The notes under the pieces: model-generated | Databases searched by the model: none | Seen by the model: only the letters and a program-made list of their open reading frames with translations | What the model was told of the DNA's origin: nothing | Source of the DNA: an uncultured Actinomycetota bacterium | GTDB lineage: Bacteria; Actinomycetota; Actinomycetes; Actinomycetales; Dermatophilaceae | NCBI GenBank assembly: GCA_963709785.1 | Contig: CAVPXT010000007.1 | Span: 137,613 to 201,612, forward strand | DNA length: 64,000 nucleotides | Direction: 5' to 3' | Program-made: the position numbers and the translations under genes | In this document: positions 63,804 to 64,000 of the stretch, in pieces | Position numbering within the stretch: the first letter of the stretch is position 1 | Layout: every line of letters starts with the position of its first letter

Positions 63804-64000
63804 GTGAGGACCCCGTACGAGGCCGCCGGTGGCGCCGAGGGCATGCTCGCCCTCTCCCGCGCGTGGTTGGCCCGCTGCCTCGCCGACCCGGTCGCCGCCC
63901 ACCCCTTCGAGCACCACGGGCACCCGCAGCACAGCGAGCGGCTCGCCGCGTACTGGGGGGAGGCCCTCGGCGGGCCGTCGACGTACACCGACACCATGGG
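63804..64000 (+). CDS. truncated-hemoglobin-like (group II globin) protein, N-terminal part only
   Basis: VRTPYEAAGGAEGMLALSRAWLARCLADPVAAHPFEHHGHPQHSERLAAYWGEALGGPSTY. Runs off the window. Alternative GTG at 63789. Confidence 0.55.
   Translation, partial: MRTPYEAAGGAEGMLALSRAWLARCLADPVAAHPFEHHGHPQHSERLAAYWGEALGGPSTYTDTM

Overview
Very GC-rich actinobacterial chromosomal segment (visually Micrococcales-like; taxon cannot be fixed from sequence alone). It is densely coding, with about 60 protein genes, many joined by 1-4 nt start/stop overlaps. I saw no rRNA, tRNA, CRISPR array or intact mobile element. Most long ORFs in the track are antisense or N-terminally over-extended artefacts of high GC; the real genes were picked by recognisable protein motifs, RBS/start context and translational coupling. 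Ordinary content includes LysR, LacI, PucR and TetR regulators, a 6-gene Liv-type ABC uptake operon, SDRs, a Zn-ADH, HU, fumC, an ALDH/aminotransferase/MFS module, two OmpR/HK two-component systems, a SWIM-SNF2 helicase, and WS/DGAT plus a hydrolase. Two things stand out. (1) One 16-bp palindrome, ATACCC-N4-GGGTAT, occurs eight times between 4.8 and 32.5 kb. Each copy sits in front of sulfur/redox genes: rhodaneses, two MBL-rhodanese fusions, SQR, a peroxiredoxin-TehA pair, a K-channel-like protein, thioredoxin, and a 53-aa five-Cys protein absent from the ORF track. A CsoR/CstR-family repressor with a Cys-x-Cys (no His) fingerprint is encoded among them, which suggests a dispersed persulfide-stress regulon. 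(2) At 54.4-64 kb a SARP-type regulator is divergent from a tightly coupled operon of mostly unrecognisable proteins. These are an 832-aa protein with a Lys-rich amphipathic core buried between acidic regions, a HExxH protein, two orphans, a peptidoglycan-binding domain + Pro/Thr linker + tyrosinase, a DUF2182 membrane protein and a truncated globin. This operon is my best candidate for an undescribed system. Three genes (an HNH/DUF222 gene, the aminotransferase, and PGBD-tyrosinase) show frame breaks, which are either pseudogenisation or assembly indels.
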